A DNA stretch of 64,000 nt from Chiloscyllium plagiosum (lineage: Eukaryota). How positions within the stretch are numbered: position 1 is the stretch's first letter; every line of letters begins with the position of its first letter. Under the pieces are notes generated by a model. It was given only the letters and a program-made list of their open reading frames with translations. It made no database searches and was not told where the DNA came from. Where the stretch lies: contig NC_057749.1 of the NCBI RefSeq assembly GCF_004010195.1, positions 26,828,949 through 26,892,948 of the forward strand, given 5' to 3'. Positions 1-12,855 of the stretch are shown here, piece by piece. The position numbers and the translations under genes were made by a program.

Positions 1-325
1 TTCCTCCTCATCTGAGCAGATCCGGTGTATGCGTAGGGCTTGTCCATAGGAATTGGCTGTTTTAATATGTTTTGGGTGGAAGCTGGAGAAGTGTAGCATT
101 GTGAGGTTGTCTGTGGGTTTGCGGTAGAGTGTGGTGCTGAGGTGTCCGTCCTTGATGGAGACGCACGTGTCCAAGAATGAGACAGACAGTCGAGAGTAGT
201 CCATGGTGAGTTTGATGGTGGGATGAAACTTGTTGATGTCACTGTGTAGTTTTATCAGTGACTCCTCGCCATGGGTCCAGAGGAAGAAAATGTCATCAAT
301 GTACCTGGTGTACAATGTCGGTTGG
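1..325 (-). mobile_element. Penelope-like element reverse transcriptase fragment (Neptune-like), runs off the window
   Basis: Open translation LYTRYIDDIFFLWTHGEESLIKLHSDINKFHPTIKLT...SFLDT...TTLYRKPTD...HFSSFHPKH...YGQALRIHRICS, typical of the PLE RT catalytic and thumb region. Confidence 0.9.
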
Positions 326-555
326 AAAGGCTTAACAGACAATCAATTCTTCAATGTATAATTTCAGTTACATCACACTGCAAGTGTTTGCTATAAATTC
401 TGTGTTACGATCGAGCCCTCCACAATCACCTGATGAAGGAGCGTTGCTCCGAAAGCTAGTGTGCTTCCAATTAAACCTGTTGGACTGTAACCTGGTGTTG
501 TGTGATTTTTAACTTTGTACACCGCAGTCCAACACCGGCATCTCCGAATCATGTA
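326..555 (+). mobile_element. PLE 3' end/pLTR inverted relative to the adjacent RT fragment
   Basis: Contains a hammerhead-like core; the same family recurs at about 48683-48975 and 53440-53518. Confidence 0.7.
430..467 (+). ncRNA. Hammerhead ribozyme-like motif
   Basis: CTGATGA-a-GGAGC-gtt-GCTCC-GAAA followed by a possible stem III (aagc...gctt) ending in UUC. Confidence 0.6.
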
Positions 556-1524
556 TAGAATTAAAAGGTATCTTGACAATCAAGTAATCGCTTACTCCAC
601 TAAATTCCAGTGTAAATAAACCTAGCCTATCCAACCTTTCTTTGTGAAACAATACAGCCATTTTCAGTATTAATGTGGTAAAACTTCGCTAAATTGTTTC
701 CAATAGACAGCACGTCTGACGTGGTATCACTAGTGCCCTGTGTAACTGAAACATAGCCTCCTTACTTTTATATTTGCCCTTTATGATAAATGATAATGTT
801 CTATTAACTTTCCTAATTACTTGTTGCTGTAGCTGCATGCTAACCTTTTGCAATTCATGCAGTAGGTCATCCAAATCTCTCTGCGTCTCAGAGCTCTGCA
901 ACCTCTCACCATTCAGATATATGCTTCTTTTTTATTCTTCCTGCTAATATGGACAATTTCACATCTTCTCACATTATACTGTTTGTCAGATTATTGCCCA
1001 CTCACAGAACCTATGTAACCGCCTCATGTCTTCTTCATGTCTACTTTCTTACAAAAATGCAAGAAGGAAACCACAGTAAAATTATGAGCTTATGAACCTG
1101 GGATGGCAACAAAATCACCTCTTATCTTAACAGTTATCATTTCAGGGAAAACTTGCTTTCAACTAGTGCATGCAGCCCATGCATGATTGCAGTAGAAGAT
1201 TATTTTGCATATGCTATTATGCCTCTCACAACGAATCATAGAAGCAATATTTAAGCTGATAGACAATGACAATTTTCAGTATTTGCGATTCCAGACTCTT
1301 TCACTCTGAAGAGAAGCAAAAGAAAATGTAAAGCATTCATATTTAGAATGGTTAACTGCCTTTCTCATAAACTGAAAAATCTGGGGGAAGGGTAATAATG
1401 CTTGTAGTGCATGTCACATGCAAAGTTTAAAAAGATAGAACAGATTAGGCAAATAAGGAGGTAATAGTTAATTAATAGAGAGACTGAGTTTAAAAAGATC
1501 TGCTTGAACAAACGGATTTCTTAA

Positions 1525-1757
1525 ACTAGTGGATGTACATTTGCTTGCTGAGCTGAATGGTTCGTTTTCAGACGTTTCATCACCATACTAGGTCACATCA
1601 TCAGTGAGCCTCCAGATGAAGCGCTGGTGGAATGGCCCGCTATCTATTTATGCGTTTAGGTTTGCTTGGGTTGATGATGTCATTTCACGTGGTAACATAA
1701 TTTCCCATGGTGATGTAATTTCCTGTTCTTTTTCTCAGGGATCCAAGTCAACATGTT
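1525..1757 (-). mobile_element. Poseidon-type PLE terminal (pLTR) segment, inverted copy
   Basis: Reverse-complement similarity to 3830-4030; carries CTGATGA...GAAACGTC. Confidence 0.75.
1571..1604 (-). ncRNA. Minimal hammerhead ribozyme-like motif
   Basis: Minus strand CTGATGA-tgtgacc-tagtat-ggtgat-GAAACGTC; stem II is imperfect. Confidence 0.55.
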
Positions 1758-2986
1758 TAGAACATAGAACATAGAAGAATACAGCGCAGTACAGGCCCTT
1801 TGGCCCTCGATGTTGCGCCGATCCAAGCCCACCTAACCTACACTAGCCCACTATCCTCCATATACCTATCCAATGCCCGCTTAAATGCCCATAAAGAGGG
1901 AGGCATTGAGGGTGAGTTGGTGGTTTGGATTAGGAATTGGCTGGATGGAAGAAGACAGAGGGTAGTAGTTGATGGCAAAGGTTCATCTTGGAGTGCCGTC
2001 ACTAGCGGTGTTCCGCAAGGATCTGTTTTGGGACCATTGCTGTTTGTCATTTTTATAAGTGACCTGGAAGAGGGGTTAGAAGGTTGGGTGAGCAAGTTTG
2101 CGGATGATACGAAAGTCGGAGGAGTTGTTGACAGTGAGGAAGGATGTGGCAGGTTACAGCAGGATATAGAGAAGCTGCAGGGCTGGGCAGAAAGGTGGCA
2201 AATGGGATTCAATGTAGCTAAGTGTGAGGTGATTCACTTTGGGAAGAATAACAAAAAGATGGGGTACTGGGCTAATGGTCGGATACTTGGTAGTGTGGAT
2301 GAGCAGAGGGATCTTGGTGTCCATGTACACAGATCTCTGAAAGTTGCCATCCAGGTAAATAGTGCGGTGAGGAAGGCATATGGCGTATTGGCTTTTATTG
2401 GTAGAGGAATTGAGTTCCGGAGTCCTGAGGTCATGATGCAGTTGTATAAGACTCTGGTACGGCCGCATCTGGAATATTGTGTGCAGTTTTGGTCGCCATA
2501 CTATAGGAAGGATGTGGAGGCATTGGAACGTGTGCAGAGGAGGTTTACCAGGATGTTGCCTGGTATGGTAGGAAAATCGTATGAGGAAAGACTGAGGCAC
2601 TTGGGGCTGTTTTCACTAGAGAAAAGAAGGTTTAGGGGTGACTTGATTGAGGTGTACAAGATGATTAGGGGGTTAGATAGGGTCGACAGTATGAACCTTT
2701 TCCCGCGTATTGAGTCGGGTATTACAAGGGGGCATAGCTTTAAATTAAGGGGGGGTAGATATAGGACTGATGTTAGGGGTAGGTTCTTCACTCAGCGAGT
2801 CGTTAGTTCATGGAATGCCCTGCCAGTAACAGTGGTGGACTCTCCCTCTTTATGGGCATTTAAGAGGGCATTGGATAGGTATATGGAGGATAGTGGTTTA
2901 GTGTAGTTTAGGTGGGCTTGGATCGGCGCAACATCGAGGGCCCAAGGGCCTGTACTGCGCTGTATTCTTCTATGTTCTATGTTCTA
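1758..2986 (+). mobile_element. 5'-truncated CR1 LINE (RT C-terminal half, open) preceded by an inverted second CR1 3' end (1758-1902)
   Basis: ORF 1800..2906: SGVPQGSVLGPLLF, KFADDTK, RPHLEYCVQFWSP, FFTQRVV; (ttctatg)n tail at both outer ends in opposite orientation. Confidence 0.95.
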
Positions 2987-4050
2987 TGAAAACAGCCAAT
3001 GGGGAACTTCAAACCAGCATCTACAGGAAAACAACACATACGGACCAAATACTGGACTACAGAAGCAATCATGATTCCTGAGGAAGGGCTTATGCCCGAA
3101 ACGTCGATTCTCCTGTTCCTTTGATGCTGCCTGACCTGCTGCGCTTTTCCAGCAACACATTTTTAAGCTCTGATCTCCAGCATCTGCAGTCCTCACTTTC
3201 TCCTACAGAAGCAATCATCCCAACATCCACAAATGGAGATGCATGAGAACATTATTTCAACGAGCTGCCACACACTGCAGCACAGAAGAACTATGAAGAG
3301 CAGAGGAAAATCACTTATACAATGTATTCAAAAAGACCAGGTACCCGATGAACACAGCCCATCGATTTCTCAGCAACAAACCCAGACAAGCAAACAAAAC
3401 ACGTCCAGAAACCCTAGCCACTCTCCCCTACATCAAAGACATCTCAGAAATAATGCCAGAGTACACAGACCTCTTGGCATCATGGTAGCCCACAAACCCA
3501 CCAACACACTAAAACAGCAGCTAATGAACTTGAAAGACCCTCCATAGACAACAAGCTAAACTATTATCATTTACAAAATACCTTGGAAGAATTGTAATAA
3601 ACACTACATTGGACAAACAGGCAGAAAGCTAGCCACCAGAATATATGAATATCAACTAGCCACAAAGAGACATGACCCACTCTCATTAGTATCCTTACAT
3701 ACAGATGAGGAAGGACTCTACTTTGTCTGGGACAATACATCCATCCTTAGACAAGCCAAACAGAGACACACACAAGAATTCCTGGAATCATGGCATTCCA
3801 ACTGGAACTCTATCAACAAACACATTGATTTGGATCCCATTTACCACCCTCTGAGAAAAGGAACAGGAAATGACATCACCAACCCAAGGAAACCTAAACA
3901 CATAAATAAAATTGGGCCATACCACCCGTGCTTCATTTGGAGGTTCACTGATGTTGTTAACTAGTATGGTGAAAAAATGTCTGAAAATGAACCATCCAGC
4001 TCAGTGAGCAAACCTACATCCAGAACCTCCAAATCTTCTCAAAACTCACT
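2987..4050 (+). mobile_element. Degenerate Poseidon-type PLE 3' part (RT end + GIY-YIG endonuclease + pLTR)
   Basis: Fragments such as TLPYIKDISE, RPLGIMVAHKPTNTLKQQLMNLKDP, HYIGQTGRKLATRIYE, EFLESWHSN. Confidence 0.85.
3073..3202 (+). mobile_element. Short PLE terminal insertion with hammerhead motif and 16-bp TSD
   Basis: CTGAGGA-a-GGGC-ttat-GCCC-GAAACGTC at 3078-3105; ctacagaagcaatcat duplicated at 3057-3072 and 3203-3218. Confidence 0.85.
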
Positions 4051-5689
4051 TCCTAAGCTAGTCTCAGTAATGGTGATCATAAAGCTATCATTGTTGTAAA
4101 AACTGCTCTGATTCACCAATATCTTTTAGGGAAATAAATCTGCCGGTCCTTTCTTGGTCTTGCTTACATGTGACTCCATATCATTAACAGTCCTTTGCTG
4201 TGGCTCAGTAAAACACGCAGTTCAGAGACTATTTAGAGATGGATAACAATTGCTTGCCAATGATTCCCACAAAAGTAATAACTAAAGATTTGACTTGCCA
4301 AACAATTAGCATCCCTTTTCTACTCATATATATATATCTATGATCATTTGAAATTTGGCATCCTTGGTGTTAGTCCTGATGAGTGCATCTCTCTCTAAAG
4401 AAGGAATAGCCATATTCTCTGGAAAGTCTATGGTTACTTTACCTTTACTTTGTAAGATGAAAAGTTTCAGCAACATCTATCTACTTAGCTGTACCTAAAC
4501 TGTTAATCTGTATCTTTCTTTCAGATTTTCATGATTTGATATTTTTCTGTTACTGTGCCCATTATTCATCATAAGATAGTTTTATTGCACAATTAGTAAT
4601 GTCACGTTACATACTTTGTTGCTGACATGTATTGTGACTCAAATTCTGACAAGCTCTCTGAAGTTCAACAGGCATGGAGCTGGTGACACATCTTGTCTTA
4701 TTCATTTTTTGACTGGGTTCATCTATATGAAGAGCGCAATTCTTTGGAGGCATCTGAAATTCAAGCTATAGCAAGAAGAATGTGTGGTTAACTACAATGT
4801 TCAGTTCGAGGAAGCAACATCAATTGACAAGTGCCAACATTACACATACAAGATTACTTATTTAAACAACCAGGGCAGAAAATAATTGTTCACATAGCAT
4901 ACCTTAATTTCTCATTTCCTATGGCAGGCAGCACCCCAAACCAATATCCGTTTAGCCCATGCAGATTCTCTCATTGATGTCGCAAATCAAACTAAGGCAC
5001 TGTCTATCCACAAAGAATAGACATGGTCTATATATTCAAGAGCTTCACCATCAACGGTGGAACAATTAAAACTGGAACGTACAAAAGGGCAAATTTGAGA
5101 TTCCAACAGGGCTCTACATTTGGAGGAGATTACACTCATAAAGATGGGTGAAGCCATGGGGGAATTTGATTAGAATTTTAAAAATTAATTCATACCAAAC
5201 TGGGAACCAATGAAAGTCAGCAAGTGCAGGAGTGATGGATAAATAGGATCTAATGTGAGTGAGTATACAAACAGGTTTAAACAGAATCACAGAACCATTG
5301 CAGTGTTAAAGAAGATCATTCAGCCCATTATGCCTACACCAGGTCCCTGATCATCTAAACTCAGTGCCAATCTCCTACATTTTCCCTGTAACCCTACATA
5401 CTATTTCTATGTAAATAATCATCTAATATCCTCTTTAATGCTTCAATCGAATCTATCACGACTACATTTTTAAGCAATCATTCCAAACCCGAATCATTCA
5501 CTACATGAAAAGTGTTTGCACACACCATGTTTGCTCTCTTTGAAAACACTTTAAATCTGTGCCCTCTCGGTCTGCATACTTTTGCAAAAGGAACAGTTGC
5601 TCTTTATCTACGCTTCCAGACCCCTCCTGATTTTGAAGCCTATCAGATCTCCTCAAGCTTTCACCTCTCTGAGGAAAACAGTCAGAGAA

Positions 5690-6730
5690 ACATAGGAAAT
5701 ATGAACATAGAACATTGAACAGTAAAGCACAGGATGAAGCCCTTCTGCTCACAACGTTGTGCGAAAATGATGCCAAATTAAACTAATCCCATCTCCCTGC
5801 CCTAGGTCCATAACCCTCCATATTTTGCAGATTAAAAGTCCCTTAAATGTCCCTACATATCTGCCCCCATTACTAGCCCTGGCGGCATGTTCCAAATTCC
5901 TACCGCTCTCAGTGTAAAAAACTTGCCCCTTACATCTCCTTTGAACATTCCCCCTCTCACCTGGTATTAGACATTTCAACTCTGGGAAAAAGATTCTGAC
6001 CGTCAACCCTATCTATTCATCTCATAACTTTATATACTACTATCAAGTCTCCCCTCAGCCTTCACTGCTCCAGAGAAAACAACCCGCGTTTTCCGAGCCT
6101 CTCCTTATAGCTCATATGCTCTAATTCAGGCAGCATCCCGGTAAACCTCTCGTGCACCCTCTCCAAAGCCTCCACATCTTTCCTATAATATGACAATCAG
6201 AATTGAATGCAATACTCTAAGTGTGGCCTAACCAAAGTTTTATAAAGCTGCAACGTGACTTCCTGCCTTCTTTCCTAACCAATCTACTTGCGTGACCTCT
6301 ATCAAGGAGCTATAGATTTGAACCCCAAGATCCCTCTGTACATCAATGTATTCAGGGCTCTGCCATTAACTGTATATTTTTCCTTAACATTTGATCTCCC
6401 AAAATGCAGCACCTCACACTTACCGGGATTAAACTCCATTTACCATTTCTCTGCCCATATCTGCAACTGATCTAAATCTTGCTGCATCCTTTGACGATCT
6501 TCTACACTATTCACAGTGCCATGAATCTTTGTGTCATCTGCAAACTTACTAACTCACCCATCTACATTTTCATCCAAATTATCTATATATATCACAAACA
6601 ACAGAGGTCCCAGTACGATTCCCTGCAGAACACCACTAGTCACAGACCTGCAGCCAGAAAAACATCCTTCTAACACCACCCAATTCTGAATCCAAGCGTT
6701 CAAGTCACAGTGGATCCTGTGTGCACGCAC
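5690..6730 (-). mobile_element. CR1 LINE 3' fragment (degenerate)
   Basis: SVTSGVLQGIVLGPLLFVIYI; CR1-type 3' UTR and tail. Confidence 0.85.
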
Positions 6731-6754
6731 GCGTGCTTGTGTGTGTGGTGGGGG

Positions 6755-8360
6755 CAAAGACATGGTGAGAAAAGCAAGTCAAGTAAACAATGCAGGCAAG
6801 AACAAGGCAGAGAACGAGGTAAGACTGATAAACTAAACTGCATTTATTTTAATGCAAGAAGCCTGGCACGCAAGGCAGATGAACTCAGGGCATGATTGGG
6901 AACATGGGACTGGGATATCATAGCTATTGCAGAAATGTGGCTGAGAGGACAGGACTGGCAGCTTAAAGTTCCAGGGTATGATGCTATAGATTAGATTTGA
7001 TTACATTACAGTGTGGAAACATGCCCTTCGGCCCAACATGTCCACATCGACCCGCCGAAGCGTAACCCACCCATACCCCTACATTTACCCCTTACCTAAC
7101 ACTATGGGCAATTTAGCATGGCCAATTCACCTGACCTGCACATCTTTGGACTGTGGGAGGAAACCGGAGCACCCGGAGGAAACCCACGCAGACAGGGGGA
7201 GAACGTGCAAACTCCACACAGTCAGTCGCCTGAGGCGGGAATTGAACCCGGTCTCTGGCACTGTGAGGCAGCAGTGCTAACCACTGTGCCACCGTGCCGC
7301 CATAGGAAGGATAGAAGGAGGAACAAGAAAGTTTGGGGGGGGGTGGCATTTTTGGTTAGGGATAACATTACGACTGTACTTAGGGAGGATATTCCTGGGA
7401 GTACGTCCAGTGAAGTTACTTGGATAGAACAGAAAAATAAGAAAGGGATGATCACATTATTGGGATCGTACTATAGTCCTCCCAACAGTCAGCATGAAAT
7501 TGAGAAGCAAATTTGTAAGGAGATATCAGATATCTGTAAAACTGATAGGGTTTAATGGTTGGGGATTTTGACTTTCCAAACATAGACAAGGAATGCCATA
7601 GTGTTCAGGGCTTAGATAGAGAGGAATTTGTAGAGTGTATACAAGAAAATTTTCTGATTCAGTGTGTGGATGAACCAGCTACAGAAAGAGCAAAATTTTA
7701 TCTTCTTTCAGGAAATAAGGCAGGGCAAGTAACTGATGTGTCAGTGGGGGAGCACTTCGGGGCTGTAATTCCATTAATTTTAAAATTGGATAGACATGAT
7801 CTGAAAGTTAAAGTTCTAAATGGGAGTAAGGCCATCTTTGACAGCATTAGACAAGAACTTTCAAAAGCTGATTGTGAGTGGCTATTCATGGGTAAAAGGA
7901 AGGCTAGAAAGTGGGAGGCCCTCAACAATTAGATAACAAGAGTCCACAGACAGTATGTTCCTATTAATGTGAAGAGCAAGGCTGGTAGGTGTATGGAATG
8001 CTGGATGACTAGAGAAATTGAGGCACTGATCAAGAAAAAGGAGGCAGATGGCAGGGATGAAGTGAATCCCTCGAGGAGTATAAGGGCAATAGGAATGTAC
8101 TCAAGAGGGAAATTAGGAGGGCAAAAAGGGCACATGAGCTTTAGCAAATAGGGTCAGGGAGAACCGAAAGATATTCTATCAATACATTAAGGACAAAACA
8201 GTAACTAGGGAGAGAACACGACCCCTTAAAGATCAACAAGGCCATCTATATGTGGAACTTCAGGAGATGGGTGAGATATTAAATGAATGTTTTGCAGTAT
8301 TAGATCAGTATTTACTGTGGAGAAGGATATGGAAGCTAGAGAACTTTGGAGAAATAAAGG
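6755..8360 (+). mobile_element. CR1 ORF2 endonuclease region (degenerate), interrupted by HE1 SINE
   Basis: LNCIYFNARSL, GGVAFLVRDNI, VGDFDFPNID apurinic-type endonuclease motifs. Confidence 0.85.
6989..7301 (-). mobile_element. HE1-type tRNA-derived SINE
   Basis: Head GGCGGCACGGTGGCACAGTGGTTAGCACTGCTGCCTCACAG, B-box GGTTCAATTCC, V-domain-like core, CR1-like tail with (tgtaa/tctaa) repeats. Confidence 0.9.
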
Positions 8361-9900
8361 AGCTATGAACCTGCACTCCGAGGTCCCTTTGTTCAGCAAC
8401 ACTCTCTAGGACCTTACTATTAAGTGTATAAATTCTGCTAAGATTTGCTTTCCCAAAATGCAACACCTCGCATTTATCTGAATTAAACTCCATCTGCCAC
8501 TTCTCAGCCCATTGGCCCATCTGGTCCAGATCCTGTTGTAATCTGAGGTAACCCTCTTCGCTGTCCACTTCACCTCCAATTTTGGTGTCATCTGCAAACT
8601 TACTAACTGTACCACTTATGCTCGCATCCAAATCATTTATGTAAATGACAAAAAGTAAATGACCCATCACCGATCCTTGTGACACTCCACTGGTCACAGG
8701 CCTCCAGTCAGAAAAACAACCCTCCACCACCACCCTCTGTCTTCTACCTTTGAGCCACTTCTGTATCCAAATGGCTAGTTCTCCCTGTATTCCATGAGAT
8801 CTAGCCTTGCTAACCANNNNNNNNNNNNNNNNNNNNNNNNNNNNNNNNNNNNNNNNNNNNNNNNNNNNNNNNNNNNNNNNNNNNNNNNNNNNNNNNNNNN
8901 NNNNNNNNNNNNNNNNNNNNNNNNNNNNNNNNNNNNNNNNNNNNNNNNNNNNNNNNNNNNNNNNNNNNNNNNNNNNNNNNNNNNNNNNNNNNNNNNNNNN
9001 NNNNNNNNNNNNNNNNNNNNNNNNNNNNNNNNNNNNNNNNNNNNNNNNNNNNNNNNNNNNNNNNNNNNNNNNNNNNNNNNNNNNNNNNNNNNNNNNNNNN
9101 NNNNNNNNNNNNNNNNNNNNNNNNNNNNNNNNNNNNNNNNNNNNNNNNNNNNNNNNNNNNNNNNNNNNNNNNNNNNNNNCTAGTTACCCTTTTGTCCTTA
9201 ATATATTTGTAAAAACCCTTTGGATTCTCCTTAATTCTATTTGCCAAAGCTATCTCATGTCCCCTTTTTGCCCTCCTGATTTTCCTCTTAAGTATACTCC
9301 TACTGCCTTTATGCACTTCTAAGGATTCACTCGATATATCCTCTCTCCACCTTACATATGCTTCCTTCTTTTTCTTCACCAAACCCTCAATTTCTTTAGT
9401 CATCGAGCATTCCCTATACCTACCAGCCTTCCGTTTCACCCTGACAGGAATATACTTTCTCTGGATTCTTGTTATCTCATTTCTGAAGCTTTCCCATTTT
9501 CCAGCCATCTCTTTACCTGAGAACATCAGTCCTCAATCAACTTTTGAAAGTTCTTGCCTGATACTGTCAAAATTGGCCTTCCTCCAATTTAGAATTTCAA
9601 CTTTTAGATCTGGTCTATCCTTTTCCATCACTATTTTAAATCTAATGGAAATATAGTCACTGGCCCCAGAGTGCTCCCCCACTGACACTTCAGTCACCTG
9701 CCCTGCCTTATTTCCCAAGAGTAGGTCAAGTTTTGCACCTTCTCTAGTAGGTACATCCACATACTGAATCAGAAAATTGTCTTGTATGCACTTAAGAAAT
9801 TCCTCTCCATCTAAACCTTTAACACTATGGCAGTCCCAGTCGATGTCTGGAGAGTTAAAATCCCCTACCATAACTACCATATTATTCTTACAGATAGCTG
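8360..9900 (-). mobile_element. CR1 ORF2 fragment spanning an assembly gap
   Basis: VGDFNSPDIDW (EN) and SGVSQGSVMG/KFADDTK (RT) motifs on the minus strand. Confidence 0.85.
8817..9179. other. Assembly gap (N run)
   Basis: Continuous N bases. Confidence 1.
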
Positions 9901-10398
9901 TACTGTCCTTACGCTACTCTCTGCTATTATGGTTATTTCCCTTTTAGAGGCCACTCAATGGATAATAAAAGCAAACATTATAACATTCTCCCATCATGTG
10001 GATATATTAGTATGGAATCTTTAACATTGTGAAAAGTTTTGCTAGAATTTAAAGAATGTTCCCAATTCTGTGAAGAAGTTCAAAACTGGAACTGTCAATT
10101 TAACACAAACCATAAAGAAATCAAAGTAGGAATTCAGAAGAAAGTTGCTTTTCCAGATTGGTGTGACTACGGCAAATAGCACTGATCCATTTAAGGGAGC
10201 TAATATATGTGTGAGACAAGGGAATGGAGGGTCATGCTGACTTAGTTAAATGGTAAAGGATAGGATGGCCATAGATACAAGCATGGACTGCCTGAATCAA
10301 AAAGCCTGCTTTTGTGCTGAACATTCTAAGTGGAAGAAAAGCACGTCACTCTAATGGGAAGCATTTCCATTTTTCACCCAGTACTACTTTAAAATCAC

Positions 10399-10714
10399 CT
10401 GCCAAACTGTTTCAGTTGCTCGTCTTGTAGCATTTTCCACAGTGAAACTTAGAGTCTCCTGTATGGCTCCAGTTCTTTTTTCATTTACGTAGTCCTCTTC
10501 GTCAGATATCTCCCAACCAAATGTGTTTCTGTCAATTTCTTTTTTCATAACCTTGGTTTCCCTAAATAGCCTTCTTGCAGTGCTCAGGCCTTCTTCAGAC
10601 ACTTGCTCTGTACCCAAAATACTCCACTGAAGCTCTTTTAATCTTTTTCGATGCGGTATATCATTGACACACTCCTCTACTGCAACGAGTTCACTTTTTT
10701 CTGTTACACCTTTT
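10399..10714 (-). CDS. Exon 8 of same gene; (R)KGVTEKSELVAVEE...ATRRATETVWQ
   Basis: gactttcag|A acceptor completes codon AG+A from exon 7; CAG|gtgatt donor; 316 nt, open (ORF 10384..10725); charged, apparently non-repeat peptide. Confidence 0.72.
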
Positions 10715-10984
10715 CTGAAAGTCATATAAATTATATATTTTTAAACAATTGTTAAAGCTGAATTGCTGTGATGTCAGTTGCATGTTATATTTTTCTTAGA
10801 ATTTAAGATATATATTCTGCAATTCATGCATATTTCTATGTACCACTGTTGATAGTTACTACAGTATATATGAGTTAATTAAGATATTGGATGGACTATA
10901 AATTAATAGAAAGGTTAACTGTACTTTAAGCTAATAGGATATCATGACGGGACGGGTCACATGCAAGAATGCTGAGGGAAATAA

Positions 10985-11525
10985 GAAGAACAAAGAACAA
11001 AGAAAATTTACAGCCCAGGAACAGGCCCTTCGGCCCTCCAAGTCTGAGCAGATCCAAATCTACTGTCTAAACCTGTCGGTCAATTCCTAAGCATTTGTAT
11101 CCCTCTGCTCCCCACCTACTCATGCATCTGTCCAGACGCATCTTAAATGAATCTACCGTGCCTGCCTCTACCACTTCTGCTGGTAACGCGTTCGAAGCGC
11201 CCACCACCCTCTATGTGAAGTACTTGTCGAGTATATCCCCCTTAAACTTTCCACCTCTCACCTCGAAAGCATGACCTCTCATTATTGAATCCTTCACCCT
11301 GGGAAAAAGCTTATCTCTATCCCCCCTATCTATACCCTTCATGATTTTGTAAACCTCAATCAGGTCCCTCTCCATCTTTTTTCTAGTGAAAATAAACCTA
11401 ACCTACTCAACCCCTCTTCATAGCTAGCACCTTCCATACCAGGCAACATCCTCGTAAATCTTCTCTGCACCCTCTCCAAAGCGTCCACATCTTTTGGTAA
11501 TGTGGTAACCAGAACTGTACACAGT
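10985..11525 (-). mobile_element. CR1 3' end
   Basis: (ttctttg)n tail and RT C-terminal remnant. Confidence 0.85.
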
Positions 11526-11619
11526 AAGGGTTGATACTGCAGAGGCAGTGCTCACAGTCTTCTAACCCTTCTCAGAGGACATCACAATTGCACAATGGCA
11601 AGCACTGTTCAACAAAGAT

Positions 11620-12855
11620 TAGAATCATAGTATTACAGTATAGAAGGAAGCCATTTGACCCATCATGCCTACACTAGCTCCCAAAAGATGACCCAGCTAG
11701 TCCCATTCTCCACATTATTTCCATAGCCTTCAAACTTCATCACTTTCATAGTTCTCTTTCAAAACTGCCGATGGAATCTGGCTCCACTACTCTCAAAGGC
11801 AGTGCATTCCAAATCCTAACAACTTTGAGTAAAGAAGTTTCTCCTCATTTCACTCCCAGTTCTCTTGCTGACAATCATGAAATTGTGACTTCTAGTTACT
11901 GACATATCAATTAGTGGAAACAGAATATCCTTCTTTACTCTGTGAAATTCATAAATTTGAACACCTCAATAAAGTCACCTCTTGATCTCCTCTGTTTCAA
12001 GAACAGTAGACTCAATTTCTCTCATCTTTCCTTGTATCTAAAATCCCTCAATTCTATTATCATTCTAGCAGATCTCCTTTGCAATGTCCCCAGGTCTTTA
12101 ACATCCTTCCTTAAATAAGATGCCCAGAATTGAACACAATATTCTCCAATTATGCTCTGACCAATGATTTATAGAGGATAGTATCACTTAAAGTCACAGA
12201 GATGTACAGCACAGAAACAGACCCTTCAGTCCAACTCGTCCATACGGACCAGATGTCCTAAATTAATCTAGTCCTACTTGCCAGCACTTGGCCCATATCC
12301 TTCTAAACCCTTCCTATTCACGTACCCATCCAGATGTATTTTTAATATTGCAATTGTACCAGTCTCCACCACTTCCTTGCAGCTCATTCCATATATGCAC
12401 CACTCTTTGCATGAAAATGTTGCCTCTTCGGTCTCTTTTAAATCTTTCCCCTCTCACCCTGAAACTATACCCTCTCGTTCTGGACTCCCTCGACCCAGGG
12501 AAAAGACCTCATCTATTTACCCTATCTATGCCCCTCATGATGTTATAAACCTCTATAAGGTCGCCCCTCAGTCTCTAACGTTCCAGGGAAAACAGTCTCT
12601 CCCTAAAGCTCAAACTCTCCAATCCTGGCAACATACTTGTAAATCTTTTCTGAAGCCTTTCAAGTTTCACAACATCCTTCCTTAGGAGGGAGACCAGAGT
12701 TGCACACAGTATTCCAAAAGTGGCCAAACCAATGTCCTGTACAGCCACAACATGACCTCCCTAGTCCTATACTCAATGTTCTGACCAATTAAGAGAAGCA
12801 TACTAAACGCCTTCTTCACTATCCTATCTACCTGAGACTCCACTTTCAAAGAACT
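11620..12855 (-). mobile_element. Two CR1 3' fragments (older 11620-12190, younger 12190-12855)
   Basis: CR1 3' UTR signatures (cagacccttcagtccaac) and RT C-terminal remnants. Confidence 0.75.

Noticed and set aside
1800..2906. 368-aa ORF as a functional gene
   Set aside because: The N-terminus is antisense CR1 3' UTR fused to a truncated CR1 RT; it has a non-ATG start and lacks the EN and the N-terminal RT motifs.
7220..7301. tRNA gene-like sequence (also about 28850-28929, 43520-43602, 36113-36190)
   Set aside because: These are SINE heads; no complete cloverleaf is apparent.
8794..9526. Long ORFs of poly-X (also 32775-33353)
   Set aside because: Artefacts of N gaps.
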